The notes: generated by a model from the letters alone, not told the origin. Positions 19,114 through 29,637 are shown, counted from the first letter of the stretch. The stretch is 64,000 bases of DNA from an uncultured virus (IMG/VR IMGVR_UViG_3300021440_000019) (IMGVR_UViG_3300021440_000019); one strand, 5' to 3'. Made by a program: numbers and translations.

Positions 19114-22100
19114 ATGCCCAAGTTCCAATCACAGGTCACCGTAGTTCCGTCCGACTGGGCGAACGAGGTAGACGTTCTCGTCTGCGACGTGTTCGAGTCC
19201 GCGTCCACGAAAGCCGCAGCACGTGAAGCGCTTGGCCTGGGGTCGATGGTCACGCAGCACGGCAACGCTGTGGAAATCACAGGGGGCACGATCAACAACG
19301 TCGTGCTCGGCAACGTGTCCCCTGTGTCCGGTCGGTTCTCGTCGCTCTCGGTAACGAACCCGCCGCAGGGTCCCTACGACGTGCCGAACCTCGCGTACCT
19401 GCAGGACCAATTGCGTACCGTGGCCGGCACTGTCGTGACGCAGAAGGGCGACCTGTACGGGCACAACGGCGTGGCGGCTGCGAGACTTGCCGTCGGAACA
19501 CCTGGGCAGGTGCTGGTGGCCGATGCTGCGGCACCCACCGGTCTATCGTGGACGACGCTACCGTCCACTGTGTCTATCCCCACGGTCGCACGTGGCGACC
19601 TCATGGTGCATACAGGCACCGTGAACACGCGGTTGCCCGTTGGACTCGATGGTCAGCTACTGGTGGCAAATTCCGCTGCTGCGGCTGGCATCACCTGGGC
19701 CACGCTCACGTTCTTCACGCCGCCGGTGGTTGCCAAGGGCGATCTGATGGTGCGTGGTGTTTCCGCAGTGCAGCGGTTTGCTGCTGGTGCTGACGGCCAA
19801 GTGCTGTCCGTGGATCACACATCGGCCACGGGGCTCGCATGGTCGGACCTGCCGGCTGCCTATGTGTCACCAACGACGACGAAGGGTGACATGCTGGTGC
19901 GCGGCACCGCCGGTGACACGCGGTTGCCCGTGGGTTCCGCTGGTCAGGTGCTGTTGGCAGACCCGGGGCTCGCACTCGGCGTCCGTTGGGCAGACGTGCC
20001 GGCGTCCTACGTGTCGCCGTTGACGACGAAGGGTGACGTACTGAGCTTCACTGGCGTGAACCACGTGCGGCTCCCTGTCGGCAGCCCCGGTCAGTTTCTC
20101 CGGGTGGCCGACGCACAGTCCACATCGGTTACCGGACTAGAATGGGGAACTCCGGCCGCGTACACGCCGATCACCGTGAACAAGGGTGACCTACCGGGTC
20201 GCAACTCCTTGGGTGCGGAGGTCCGCGTCGCAGTCGGTGCCACAGGGCACGTGCTGACTGCGAATCCGAACGCGGTTGCCGGATTCACCTGGGCACCGGC
20301 GTCGCCGCTGACGACGAAGGGTGATCTGTTGGCGCGCGACGCCGCCGCCGATGTACGCCTCGGTGTCGGTGCCAACAATCAGTACCTCGTGGCGGACTCA
20401 GCAGCGGCCACCGGACTTCGCTGGGCCACGTTCCCTACCGTGTTCGTTCCGCCGACGACCGCCAAGGGCGACATCATCGTGCACAACGGTACGTCCAATG
20501 TGCGTCTACCAGTAGGGACCAACGGTCAGACACTGGTAGCGGATTCGGCAGCGGCCACCGGACTCCGCTGGCAAGCCTCGTCGGTCTACGTGTCGCCAAC
20601 GACCACGAAGGGTGACCTCGTAGTGAACAACGGGGCGACTGACACCCGGCTACCCGTCGGTGCCAACGGCAGCATCCTCGTTGCCGATTCCACAGTGGCT
20701 GCCGGCATCCGCTGGGAAGTACCGGTGGCTGGCTTCGTCTCACCGACGACTACGAAGGGCGACCTCATCGCTCGGTCTGCCACGGCAGACATACGCGTCC
20801 CCGTGGGTGCCGCTGGTCAAGTGCTGACGGCGAACGCGGCTACACCTTCGGGGCTAGCATGGACGACGCCGGCAGCCGCCTACGTCTCGCAGTTGACCAC
20901 GAAGGGCGATCTGCTCACGAGGTCCGCCGCTGCTGAAACCCGGTTGCCGGCGGGCACCGACGGTCAGATACTGGCCGCTGATTCTTCAGTGGTCCCCGGC
21001 TTGAAGTGGGTCACGCCGTACGTGAACCCGTTGGCTGCCAAGGGCCAGATTCTCGGCCACGATGGCACCACGGTAGTCGCGGTGGCTCCCGGAGCCAACA
21101 ACCTGGTGCTCACGGCGGACGCCACGGCGGCCAACGGTCTGAAGTGGGCCTCCGTTGCGAGCATCGGTGGAGGCTACACGCCACCGGTCACGACGAAGGG
21201 TGACCTGTTCGTCCACAATGGCAGCAGTGAAGCTCGTCTCCCCGTGGGTGGCAACGGCATGGTGCTCGTGGCCGACGCTACGGCTGCCAACGGTGTTCGC
21301 TGGGACAACGTGGCATCGGCGTCGCTGCCGATCAACGCCAAAGGTCAGATCCTGGTGCACGACGGCACGACGGCGGCAGCACTGGCTCCGGGTGCTGCTG
21401 GTCAGTACCTCGTGGTGGACGCGGCGGCAGCCACAGGGCTCAAGTGGGTAACCGCACCGTTCCTCACATCGCCGATGACGGTCAAAGGTGACCTGATCGG
21501 CCAATCGGCCACGGGACCCGCAAAGCTCGCCATCGGCGCTGACAACACGGTACTCACAGCGGATGCCACACAGCCCTTGGGGTTCCGTTGGGGCACCGTT
21601 GTCGGGTACACCGCACCGCTGACCACCAAGGGCGACCTGTTCGTACGCGATGCGACGAGCGACACGCGGCTACCGGTGGGCACCGACAACCAGATCCTAG
21701 TCGCCGATGCTGCGGCAGCCACTGGTGTCCGCTGGGCCACGCCGGACTACGTTAGCAATCCGCTAACGGTCAAGGGTGGCATCCTCGTGCGGTCGGCCAC
21801 AGCGCCGTCGGAACTAGCGCCAGGAGCCAACGATCAGTACCTCGTGGCCGACTCGTCGCAGGCGCTGGGTCTGCGCTGGGTGACGATGCCGACGTACTTG
21901 GTGTCGCCCACGACCACGAAGGGCGATCTGCTGGTGCGCGACGCCAGCGCGGACACGAGATTGCCTGTCGGCACCAACGGTCAAGTGCTCGTGGCGGATT
22001 CCACGCAAGCACAGGGCATGCATTGGACCACGCTGGTGATGCCAGTGGTGCCGCTGAGCACCAAGGGCGATCTGCTGGTCAACGACGGCACAACGAACAT

Positions 22101-22530
22101 CCGGCTGCCCGTAGGTGCGGACAACCAGATGCTGGTGGCGGACGCAGCAGCCCCTGTCGGTGTCAAGTGGATGCCGCACCCGCAGTCGATGTTCCCGAAC
22201 GACGTACGCATCGTGACGGCGAACACGGTGTTGACAGACGCGGACTTCGTGAACCAGAACGTGATCCTGTTGGTGGACACCTCAGCGGGTACTGACTTGT
22301 CAGTGACTATGCCGACCTGGGCGTCAACGCGAGCAAACGCTTACGTCATGGTCCGCCGCGTCGGTGCCGACAACGGGGCACACGTAGACGTGGTGTTCAC
22401 CGCCGGTGACGTGTACCATTCGTCGGGAGCACCGCTGTCGCCGGCAGACACGTACCGCATGGTCAACCTCGAAGAGTACACGGAGTTCCTGCGTACGAGT
22501 AACGCCGCAGTGCGCTGGCTGGAGGTCTGA
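19114..22530 (+). CDS. long repeat fibre protein, shared-anchor family member 6 (19 tandem ~47-aa repeats)
   Basis: Anchor FQSQVTVVPSDWANEVDVLVCDVF, then 19 copies of TTKGDL.V......RLPVG.NGQVL.AD....TG.RW and a small C-terminal tip domain. Confidence 0.85.
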   Translation: MPKFQSQVTVVPSDWANEVDVLVCDVFESASTKAAAREALGLGSMVTQHGNAVEITGGTINNVVLGNVSPVSGRFSSLSVTNPPQGPYDVPNLAYLQDQLRTVAGTVVTQKGDLYGHNGVAAARLAVGTPGQVLVADAAAPTGLSWTTLPSTVSIPTVARGDLMVHTGTVNTRLPVGLDGQLLVANSAAAAGITWATLTFFTPPVVAKGDLMVRGVSAVQRFAAGADGQVLSVDHTSATGLAWSDLPAAYVSPTTTKGDMLVRGTAGDTRLPVGSAGQVLLADPGLALGVRWADVPASYVSPLTTKGDVLSFTGVNHVRLPVGSPGQFLRVADAQSTSVTGLEWGTPAAYTPITVNKGDLPGRNSLGAEVRVAVGATGHVLTANPNAVAGFTWAPASPLTTKGDLLARDAAADVRLGVGANNQYLVADSAAATGLRWATFPTVFVPPTTAKGDIIVHNGTSNVRLPVGTNGQTLVADSAAATGLRWQASSVYVSPTTTKGDLVVNNGATDTRLPVGANGSILVADSTVAAGIRWEVPVAGFVSPTTTKGDLIARSATADIRVPVGAAGQVLTANAATPSGLAWTTPAAAYVSQLTTKGDLLTRSAAAETRLPAGTDGQILAADSSVVPGLKWVTPYVNPLAAKGQILGHDGTTVVAVAPGANNLVLTADATAANGLKWASVASIGGGYTPPVTTKGDLFVHNGSSEARLPVGGNGMVLVADATAANGVRWDNVASASLPINAKGQILVHDGTTAAALAPGAAGQYLVVDAAAATGLKWVTAPFLTSPMTVKGDLIGQSATGPAKLAIGADNTVLTADATQPLGFRWGTVVGYTAPLTTKGDLFVRDATSDTRLPVGTDNQILVADAAAATGVRWATPDYVSNPLTVKGGILVRSATAPSELAPGANDQYLVADSSQALGLRWVTMPTYLVSPTTTKGDLLVRDASADTRLPVGTNGQVLVADSTQAQGMHWTTLVMPVVPLSTKGDLLVNDGTTNIRLPVGADNQMLVADAAAPVGVKWMPHPQSMFPNDVRIVTANTVLTDADFVNQNVILLVDTSAGTDLSVTMPTWASTRANAYVMVRRVGADNGAHVDVVFTAGDVYHSSGAPLSPADTYRMVNLEEYTEFLRTSNAAVRWLEV
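19432..22170 (+). repeat. 19 degenerate tandem coding repeats of ~140 bp
   Basis: Recurring ACGACGAAGGGTGAC-like starts. The 19 units were counted in the translation. Confidence 0.9.
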
Positions 22531-22532
22531 CC

Positions 22533-23162
22533 ATGGGACTCACGGTGGTGACGCACACACGAGGCAACCGCCCTGAGTACCTGCGGCGTTGCCAAGAGTC
22601 GGTCGCCGCTGACTTGCCGGCGGGTGCCACGCACTTGGTAATCCACACCGAGGAGCTGATGGCTGCTAGGTGGCATGCGCTGACGCTCGATGACGTGGTG
22701 TGCTTCGTTGACGATGACGACATCGTAGTGAATTCCAGTGTGTCCCGTTGCTACCAGTTGCTGCAACAACAGGATCTAGGTCTGGTGTACACGGGAGAAG
22801 CAGAAACGGATGCCGAGGGCAACGTCGTGTCCGAGCACGTGCCGGTGCCGATGCCGGTAGCGGGGATCACGTTGGGTCCACGTGTAGTCCATCACCTAGC
22901 AATGTTCCGCACCGCCGCTGTCCGCGATGAGTGCTGGGACCTGTACCGCAGATTCAACGCTGGGCTCGAGTGGTTCATGCGCGTGTCGGCTGCGGCATCG
23001 GGGATCGCATGCATCCCCATCGTTGGTTACCACTGGCGTCAGCACGACGCCAACCATTCACGCACGTCTTCGTGGGACACCGTGTACCGCGAGCGGCAAT
23101 GGGAGATGGCTTTGGCGCTTCGTCCATGGATCACCGTGGACGCAGTGATTCCTCATTGGTGA
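22533..23162 (+). CDS. glycosyltransferase family 2 (GT-A fold)
   Basis: LTVVT.T...R.EYLRRC.ESV N-terminus, a VCFVDDDD DxD motif, and the C-terminal Y.WRQH..N.S typical of GT2. Confidence 0.8.
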   Translation: MGLTVVTHTRGNRPEYLRRCQESVAADLPAGATHLVIHTEELMAARWHALTLDDVVCFVDDDDIVVNSSVSRCYQLLQQQDLGLVYTGEAETDAEGNVVSEHVPVPMPVAGITLGPRVVHHLAMFRTAAVRDECWDLYRRFNAGLEWFMRVSAAASGIACIPIVGYHWRQHDANHSRTSSWDTVYRERQWEMALALRPWITVDAVIPHW

Positions 23163-23175
23163 ACGGAGAACGATC

Positions 23176-25569
23176 GTGCTCGACTACATCTACGAATCCC
23201 AGGTTGACCCGGCACCGGATGCCAAGTACGTGCGGCCCTTCTGGCTCAACCAATCCACAGGTCTGCTCTGGTCCTGGAACAAGACGGCTGGCGCGTACGC
23301 CTCTTCATCTGCTGGTGACGTAGCCTCCGTCGCGGCCATGCTTGCAGGCACCGTCACGAACAAGCAGGGTGCACCGGCGAAGCTGTTGTCTGGCCACTGC
23401 CTGGAACGCGGGGTCTACCACCTGCCGGACCCTACGGGACAGCCGGAAGGTGCCGTCGTGCTACAGATCAAGAACGGGCAGTTCACGCTGCCGCCACCGC
23501 CGGACCCCAACGCTCCGCCAGATACGTCAGCAGACCTGGAGCTTCGTTGGACTCGGGCGATGGGCGTGTTCAATCCCCGGAAGGTTCTGTCTGTCTTCGG
23601 TCCTTACACGGTCACGTGGATTGAGAGCATCGAGATGGATGATTGCCCTCAAGGTCTGGCAACCAGCAGCACTGGTACGATCAGCGCCTTCGGGTCGTCC
23701 AACGACGTGATGACCTTGGCAATGACCATCTACAACGGGCCGCAGCTATCACGCGGCCGATGGACGACTTCGGTCATCGACTACGCACGTGGCATCTGGA
23801 CCCCGTGGTTGAAGGATTCCAACCAAGGGTACGAATACTGGGCGTGGAGCCCCCTCCAACTCACAGTGCATGCTGGTGATCGCAAGGTTCTTGGCACCCC
23901 GCCTGCAGGGCAACGCTGGAACCTGATTATCGGAGAACTGGCAGACAGTGACGATCCGGCGAACGAACTGGCAGAACTCCGGCTGAAGCCGGAAGCCAAA
24001 AATGGATGGGCCGACATAGACATCACGCTCGGCCGCGATCTGCAACTCATTGGCGAGTTCCCGAAGGCCGGCAACCAGACAGTGACGCTATGGAAGATTC
24101 CGAGAGCGAACCGGTACACGGTGAACGGCGTCGGCTCGTACGAAGAGGGCACGCTACCGGAACTCGTTACCGGTACCGAGACGGTGCCCCAGGTGTTCTC
24201 GGCGAAGACCGTGCACGACTTCCTGGACAACGTGTTCGCTCGGCGGCACCCGACGATCACTAGCGGGAACTTCGACTTCAACGGGGTGAACACGTACTTC
24301 GGCACGGACTCGCCGATCTACTCCTTCGTGGTGGCGCATAGCGCAACGTCTACGAACCATGCGTTCGCCCCTACCGACGTGGATGTGCGTGGCGTGTACG
24401 GTGGGGACGCCGTGAACGGCAACCTGTACATCATGTACCTGTCCGATGTGGACTATCCGGGTGACCACGGCTACCAAGGCTACCAGTACGTTCGTGCGCT
24501 CAAGAACGGTGTGTGGGGTCCGTGGATGCAGGTAGCTGAGGACTCATGGAACACGCTGGACGCCACCTCGGGCGCGCTGTATGAAGCAGGACCCGGTTCA
24601 TACCTGATGCCAATCGCGGGCAACACCGTGAAGCTCATGAGTAGTGCGCAGCCGTACAACGCCATTCGGCTGATCCCGCTGGACGACTGGTCCACGATCA
24701 CGGTCACCGTGGAGCCTGGGTTCACGCTGGCAGAACCACTTCCAGTTAGCGGCCGTGAGGAACTGGTGTACGTGCTGGACCCTGCGACGAAGGTCTGGCA
24801 CAGTTCTCGAACCGGACAGTCGCAGCAACCGAAGCGCCCTGTGGTACCCGTATTCGGCACGTGGCCCACGGAAGCAGAGCTTCGTGCAGACCTCGGCCAC
24901 GCCGGATTCGACCTGTTCGTGTTCATGGGCGTGCACGCCACGTTCAACCCCGGTATCTACGGGAACTCCAACATCGGAGTACCCGCCGGTACTCCGATTA
25001 CCGTACCGATCAAGCTCGTGTCCTGGATGGAGTCTAAGGGCTTCAGCTTGGACTCGTTGATCGACGTGGTGATTGAGAATCCGGCAGCGGGGCAGCGTCT
25101 GGAATTCAACGGCAACCGCTGGGTCAACGTCACACCGAGCTTGAACGTCAAGCAACGGCTGCCTGCCAATGTCACTACGAACCTGACGACAGCGACCCCG
25201 GTGTTCACGGGCATCCAGACGGAGCCCAACGCCGTGTACGAGGTCGAGTTCTCGGCTGCCGTGTCTTCCGGAGCGGCCGGTGCGCACTGGCGAATCAGCG
25301 CACCGCCGAACTCCGTTGTCGAAGGGCAGATGTTCAGCGAAGCCAGTACGACGGGCACTGTGGGTCAGCGTATCTCGTCTGCCAACGCGCTGACGACCAC
25401 CGCGAACTTCACGCAGAGCGCACCGAACCCGCTGCCTCTGCGGTTGAAGTGCGTGGTCGCTACAGGCGTGGATGTCGGCACGCTGACCGTCGGGTTCTCT
25501 TCGGAAACCGGAGGCCAGGTCACCACTGTGTACGCGAACGCTCTCTTGTCCATCAGCCGTATCGAGTAA
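23176..25569 (+). CDS. tail fibre-like mosaic protein
   Basis: The N-terminus (IYES..DPAP...YVRPFW) is shared with ORF 31665. Fibre motifs include GT..EL..GT, NGVWGPW and LDSLIDVVI.NPAAGQ.L.FNG..WVN. Confidence 0.7.
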   Translation: MLDYIYESQVDPAPDAKYVRPFWLNQSTGLLWSWNKTAGAYASSSAGDVASVAAMLAGTVTNKQGAPAKLLSGHCLERGVYHLPDPTGQPEGAVVLQIKNGQFTLPPPPDPNAPPDTSADLELRWTRAMGVFNPRKVLSVFGPYTVTWIESIEMDDCPQGLATSSTGTISAFGSSNDVMTLAMTIYNGPQLSRGRWTTSVIDYARGIWTPWLKDSNQGYEYWAWSPLQLTVHAGDRKVLGTPPAGQRWNLIIGELADSDDPANELAELRLKPEAKNGWADIDITLGRDLQLIGEFPKAGNQTVTLWKIPRANRYTVNGVGSYEEGTLPELVTGTETVPQVFSAKTVHDFLDNVFARRHPTITSGNFDFNGVNTYFGTDSPIYSFVVAHSATSTNHAFAPTDVDVRGVYGGDAVNGNLYIMYLSDVDYPGDHGYQGYQYVRALKNGVWGPWMQVAEDSWNTLDATSGALYEAGPGSYLMPIAGNTVKLMSSAQPYNAIRLIPLDDWSTITVTVEPGFTLAEPLPVSGREELVYVLDPATKVWHSSRTGQSQQPKRPVVPVFGTWPTEAELRADLGHAGFDLFVFMGVHATFNPGIYGNSNIGVPAGTPITVPIKLVSWMESKGFSLDSLIDVVIENPAAGQRLEFNGNRWVNVTPSLNVKQRLPANVTTNLTTATPVFTGIQTEPNAVYEVEFSAAVSSGAAGAHWRISAPPNSVVEGQMFSEASTTGTVGQRISSANALTTTANFTQSAPNPLPLRLKCVVATGVDVGTLTVGFSSETGGQVTTVYANALLSISRIE

Positions 25570-25578
25570 GGAACGACC

Positions 25579-27420
25579 ATGAAAGAACTACGCGAGTTCG
25601 CGCTTGCTTCCGGAGCCAAAGTCGGTGACGTAATCAAGGGCTTCAAGGTCAAGTCCATCGACGTGGCTACTGGCTTCGTCGAGTTCACGTCACCCACGGA
25701 GTCCGAGTCACAGCCGGTGTCCCTGGGTATCGACGGACTCGATCTGTCGTTGACGAGAACGGACGGTGGGCTGCAAACGGTGACGTTGCCGCAGACGACA
25801 TGTTCGTGGAACCCGACCACGAGGGTTCTCGGGATCACGCAAGCTGATGGCAAGACGACGTCCTTGGTGCTGGACCTGCCGGTGCTGCTGTTCGAGAACG
25901 CGCCGGCGGTACCCGTGCTACCGGCCATTTGGGCCAAGCCCGTGTCGAAACCGTTGCCGGTCAAGCGCAAGTCCTGGCTGATTACGGTATCCCAGTTGAC
26001 CCGCAGCGCCAACTACTACCTGAAGTTCACGGTGCACAACGGTGACGGGGTACCTGTTGCCCGGTTCGGCGACGTGTATCTCGGAATCGCCACCGTTGAC
26101 AAGGCGGCCGGTGTCTTCGATCTGCACTACAACCCCGGCGGTGCAGGATCGAACAGCATTTCGTTCACCGTGGACTACGATGTGCCGGTCGCCGTGGACC
26201 GTATCAACCTCGTGCAATCGTCGTACACGGCGCCCGATGGGGTGTCGCACACGCTGGTGCAGGCAACGCAGGTAACGCTGTCCGACAACCCGTGGACGAA
26301 GAACGTGGTCACCGCAGACGTTCCGGGATCGAACGTCGGAGTCCCCGGTGGCTTCGACATACAGGTGTCCGAACTGGCTTTGCAGGTTGCCGGCTACGCT
26401 TCGTACACGAACATCGACGGCAAATGGCAGCCCCTGATTGACGAGACGGTTGTCGCAGTCACCCCTGCCCAACTGGAAGCGCGACTGGCCTCTCTGGAGA
26501 TCGCAGGCCAGTACCTGGGTAGCGTCACGACGTTTGCGGCGCTGCCGAAAGCATCCGCGTCGAACGGAGACTGGGCTACGCTGACCGTAGACGACGGCGC
26601 GTACAAGATGGGTGGCTACGTGTACAACGGCGTTACGTTCGTCTACGCCTTTGGCATCAGCGCGGACTTCACGTCCATACTCGGACTCAAGGCGGACAAG
26701 ACACAGGTTGCCACCGACCTCGGACTCAAGGCTGACAAGAGCTACACGGACACACAACTTGGGCTCAAAGCAGACAAGACACAGGTTGCCACCGACCTCG
26801 GACTCAAGGCAGACAAGACACAGGTTGCCACCGACCTCGGACTCAAGGCAGACAAGACGCAGGTGAACCAGATCGTCACCGACCTCGGGACCAAAGTGGC
26901 TATCAGTGCCAAGGCCGACGACGCTGCGGTCACTGCGGGAACCGCTGATCGGTGGGTGGACGCCGCCGCGCTTCATGGGCTGGATACGGCGCTGCGCACG
27001 CTAATCGGTCAACGGGCTCTCGACTCTGCGCTGGCTTCCGAAGTCTCGCGCGCCAAAGCAGTGGAGAACGAAGCCCTGTTGGGTCGCACGATCAACAAGG
27101 CCGGTCACGGATTCACCGTGGGCATGCCGCTAGGTCTGGACGCCTCGGGGAACTGGTTCCGCTGCGACAACACGAGCGCGGACTCAGCAGAAGTCATCGG
27201 CGTGGTTGCCGCAGTGGTGGACGCAGCGGCGTTCCGTCTCGTCACCGAAGGGTACATCAGCGGGTTGCCCAACGACGTGCTCGGCGTGTACTTCGTCGGA
27301 GCCACACCGGGGACGCTGACGGCTACGGCACCGGTGGCACCTGCCGTGCACAAACCCGTGCTGATCCGAGACACGGCAACCACCGGGTACGTCGTGCACC
27401 GGCCCACCACCGTGCAGTAA
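25579..27420 (+). CDS. fibre protein with LGLKADKTQVATD coiled-coil repeats
   Basis: AAGGA RBS, five 13-aa KADK repeats, and a C-terminal HGFTVG...VIGVV...G.I.GL domain. Confidence 0.7.
   Translation: MKELREFALASGAKVGDVIKGFKVKSIDVATGFVEFTSPTESESQPVSLGIDGLDLSLTRTDGGLQTVTLPQTTCSWNPTTRVLGITQADGKTTSLVLDLPVLLFENAPAVPVLPAIWAKPVSKPLPVKRKSWLITVSQLTRSANYYLKFTVHNGDGVPVARFGDVYLGIATVDKAAGVFDLHYNPGGAGSNSISFTVDYDVPVAVDRINLVQSSYTAPDGVSHTLVQATQVTLSDNPWTKNVVTADVPGSNVGVPGGFDIQVSELALQVAGYASYTNIDGKWQPLIDETVVAVTPAQLEARLASLEIAGQYLGSVTTFAALPKASASNGDWATLTVDDGAYKMGGYVYNGVTFVYAFGISADFTSILGLKADKTQVATDLGLKADKSYTDTQLGLKADKTQVATDLGLKADKTQVATDLGLKADKTQVNQIVTDLGTKVAISAKADDAAVTAGTADRWVDAAALHGLDTALRTLIGQRALDSALASEVSRAKAVENEALLGRTINKAGHGFTVGMPLGLDASGNWFRCDNTSADSAEVIGVVAAVVDAAAFRLVTEGYISGLPNDVLGVYFVGATPGTLTATAPVAPAVHKPVLIRDTATTGYVVHRPTTVQ
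26680..26895 (+). repeat. 39-bp tandem repeat, five copies plus a partial copy
   Basis: CTCGGACTCAAGGC.GACAAGACACAGGTTGCCACCGAC-like units start at 26680, 26719, 26758, 26797 and 26836. Confidence 0.9.
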
Positions 27421-27429
27421 GGAGCGACC

Positions 27430-28542
27430 GTGAAAAATACTGCTCCGGTAGTCAAGGCTGACAAGTCCGTGGTCGATGCGATGAAGACCACACAAGACGG
27501 GGTGGCCGCCCGTGTTCTCGCTCTGGAGTCCGTACCCGTTGCGACTCTCGCCGACGTACGGGCTCGAAGCACCACCGTGTGCAAGCTCACACCGAGCATC
27601 GTGCGGGACGCCATCGCCGCGATCATGGCGGATGCGCATGCCATCGTCGAGTGGGACGCGTCCACCGTGTACGCAGCACACCAGATCGTGCTGCGCAACA
27701 AGGCGTTCTTCGAGTCGAACATCAGCAACAATGCCAACAAGGACCCGGTCACCGACGCTAGTGGTGCGTGGGCCCCCTTCACTCCAGGGGAGACCAGCAG
27801 CATCTTTCTGAATCGAGGACCTACGAACACTGACGTGTACCCCATCGGTGTCAAGTGGTATGACTTGTCCTTCGGCAGCGACACACCGCTAGTTCAAGTG
27901 TCGATGGGTAACGGCGTGTGGGTGTTCCTTAACGTCATCAAGCTGACGAAAATTCGGGTCTACGCACACGGGCAACTGAACACCTACCGATCTTCCATCA
28001 ACGGAACGGCCTTCTATCGACCAGACGGCACGCAGATACCCAACAACTGGTTCGTGTGGGGAGCCTCTTCTGGCATCAGCGGAGGTGCAACAGGTGTTGC
28101 CTTCTCCGGGCAGCAAATCTATGCAGGGTACAACGGTAACGGCTGGACGGACATTGAAACGTCCAGTGCGTTCGACACCTCAGTGAGCATCGGCAGCATC
28201 AAGGGCAATTTCGCCTCCGGTAACTCGTACATCAGTTGTGACCGCGTAGAGTTCTGGTACTCCAATGGCTCGAAGAAGGTGTACTCTGGTCAGGGATTCC
28301 AGCAGGGGCTGGCGAACTTGACAACTTGCGATCCTCCAGTGGTCTGTCGTTACGGGGATGCAACGGCGGCGGCGCAAGGTGAGATGCTGACCGGAGCGAA
28401 ACTCAGCGACGGTGCAGACAACACCTATGGGCGTATCTCTGGCGCTGCACTCAGTTCAGCCCACGCCGTGCTGTTCGCCAACGCGATTGCCGCGTACGAG
28501 CAACGCATAGCCGCGCTTGAAGCACGGTTGCCACCTGTCTGA
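27430..28542 (+). CDS. virion/fibre protein with CBM5/12-like carbohydrate-binding motif
   Basis: EWDASTVY....IV.RN..F.S....N...DP......W motif and a C-terminal coiled coil RIAALEAR. AAGGAG RBS. Confidence 0.55.
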   Translation: MKNTAPVVKADKSVVDAMKTTQDGVAARVLALESVPVATLADVRARSTTVCKLTPSIVRDAIAAIMADAHAIVEWDASTVYAAHQIVLRNKAFFESNISNNANKDPVTDASGAWAPFTPGETSSIFLNRGPTNTDVYPIGVKWYDLSFGSDTPLVQVSMGNGVWVFLNVIKLTKIRVYAHGQLNTYRSSINGTAFYRPDGTQIPNNWFVWGASSGISGGATGVAFSGQQIYAGYNGNGWTDIETSSAFDTSVSIGSIKGNFASGNSYISCDRVEFWYSNGSKKVYSGQGFQQGLANLTTCDPPVVCRYGDATAAAQGEMLTGAKLSDGADNTYGRISGAALSSAHAVLFANAIAAYEQRIAALEARLPPV

Positions 28543-28551
28543 GGAACGAAC

Positions 28552-29628
28552 ATGCGACACACAGCTAACGGTGGTATCCCCGCCGCAGTCTCTTCTGCGC
28601 TGAGCTTCAACAAGGACCTGGCTCTACCTTGCAGCAACAGTTGGATCGCAAGGTCTGTCGGTGTCATCGGCGACGTGCAGAAAGACTTCGCGGCCGCTGA
28701 CGCCAGCAATCACTACCGAGCACTCAGGGACATGGTGCTTGACGTGTCGGTCACGGCGTTGACAGCCGAAGGCGGCGGGATGTACGTTGGTTTATCCACG
28801 CAGGTGTACCGTGCAGGCGCCTGGGTAGACGTGCAACCCGCTACCGGAGTCATAAATCCCTTTGCTGGACTGGTGCCCTTCCACTCGTCAGCGCAGATCG
28901 CGCTGAAAGCCGGAGACTACCTGCGGTTCCTGACGAACGCGAACAACGGTGGTGGCAATACCTACGCGGGAGACCGGAGCTTCCGGATTTCCATCACGGA
29001 GAGTCCGTCGCTGACGCTGGTGCCCGCGAACACCGTGGTGCGCACGCCGTGTCTGGTATCCGTGAATGGTGGCACGGGGATCACGTTGTTTGGCGGCACG
29101 AGCGCACGGGTCCTGGCGGTGCCACCAGCAGGGTCCGTGGTGCAATCTGCCACGGGCTCCGCGGGGATCACCGTTGCCGTATCCGATCCGAAGACCGGCG
29201 CACTGGAAGTCTTCGTCACCGAGGGGACCAAGTCCGGTACGGTCACGACGGTCACGGCAGTGCCTGCGGCCACCAGGCTGCTGGCGCAAGCGGACTCTGG
29301 TGTACCCGTGACGCTCGGGACTCTCAGGTTCCAGATGGCACCGTCGGGCAACCGCTCGTTGCAGATTGCTTCCGCAACTGGAGCACCGGTGAACCTCCGA
29401 ATAGGAGCTACGTGGGCCAACGGTGGCTCCGGCGTCGGTGTCGTCACGATGACTGCGCAACCCGGCAGCTTCGGCTACGCAAAGCCCGCATGGAATTTCA
29501 CCTCTGCCGGTGATTGGATGGACGTGCTCATCGAGGACACCACAAACTCCCGGTGGTACTCGGTGCGCATGGAAGTCGGAGCCGGGTACAACACCAACCT
29601 GTTCTGCGGTCATGAGGTATTCCCATAG
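28552..29628 (+). CDS. putative virion/fibre-associated protein
   Basis: 358 aa, G/T/A/V-rich beta-strand composition, GAGGA RBS, located in the fibre cluster. Confidence 0.55.
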   Translation: MRHTANGGIPAAVSSALSFNKDLALPCSNSWIARSVGVIGDVQKDFAAADASNHYRALRDMVLDVSVTALTAEGGGMYVGLSTQVYRAGAWVDVQPATGVINPFAGLVPFHSSAQIALKAGDYLRFLTNANNGGGNTYAGDRSFRISITESPSLTLVPANTVVRTPCLVSVNGGTGITLFGGTSARVLAVPPAGSVVQSATGSAGITVAVSDPKTGALEVFVTEGTKSGTVTTVTAVPAATRLLAQADSGVPVTLGTLRFQMAPSGNRSLQIASATGAPVNLRIGATWANGGSGVGVVTMTAQPGSFGYAKPAWNFTSAGDWMDVLIEDTTNSRWYSVRMEVGAGYNTNLFCGHEVFP

Positions 29629-29637
29629 GAGGTCACG

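Noticed and set aside
26680..26895. 39-bp repeats as a CRISPR array
   Set aside because: The units are directly adjacent with no unique spacers, they are in-frame within a gene, and no cas genes are present.
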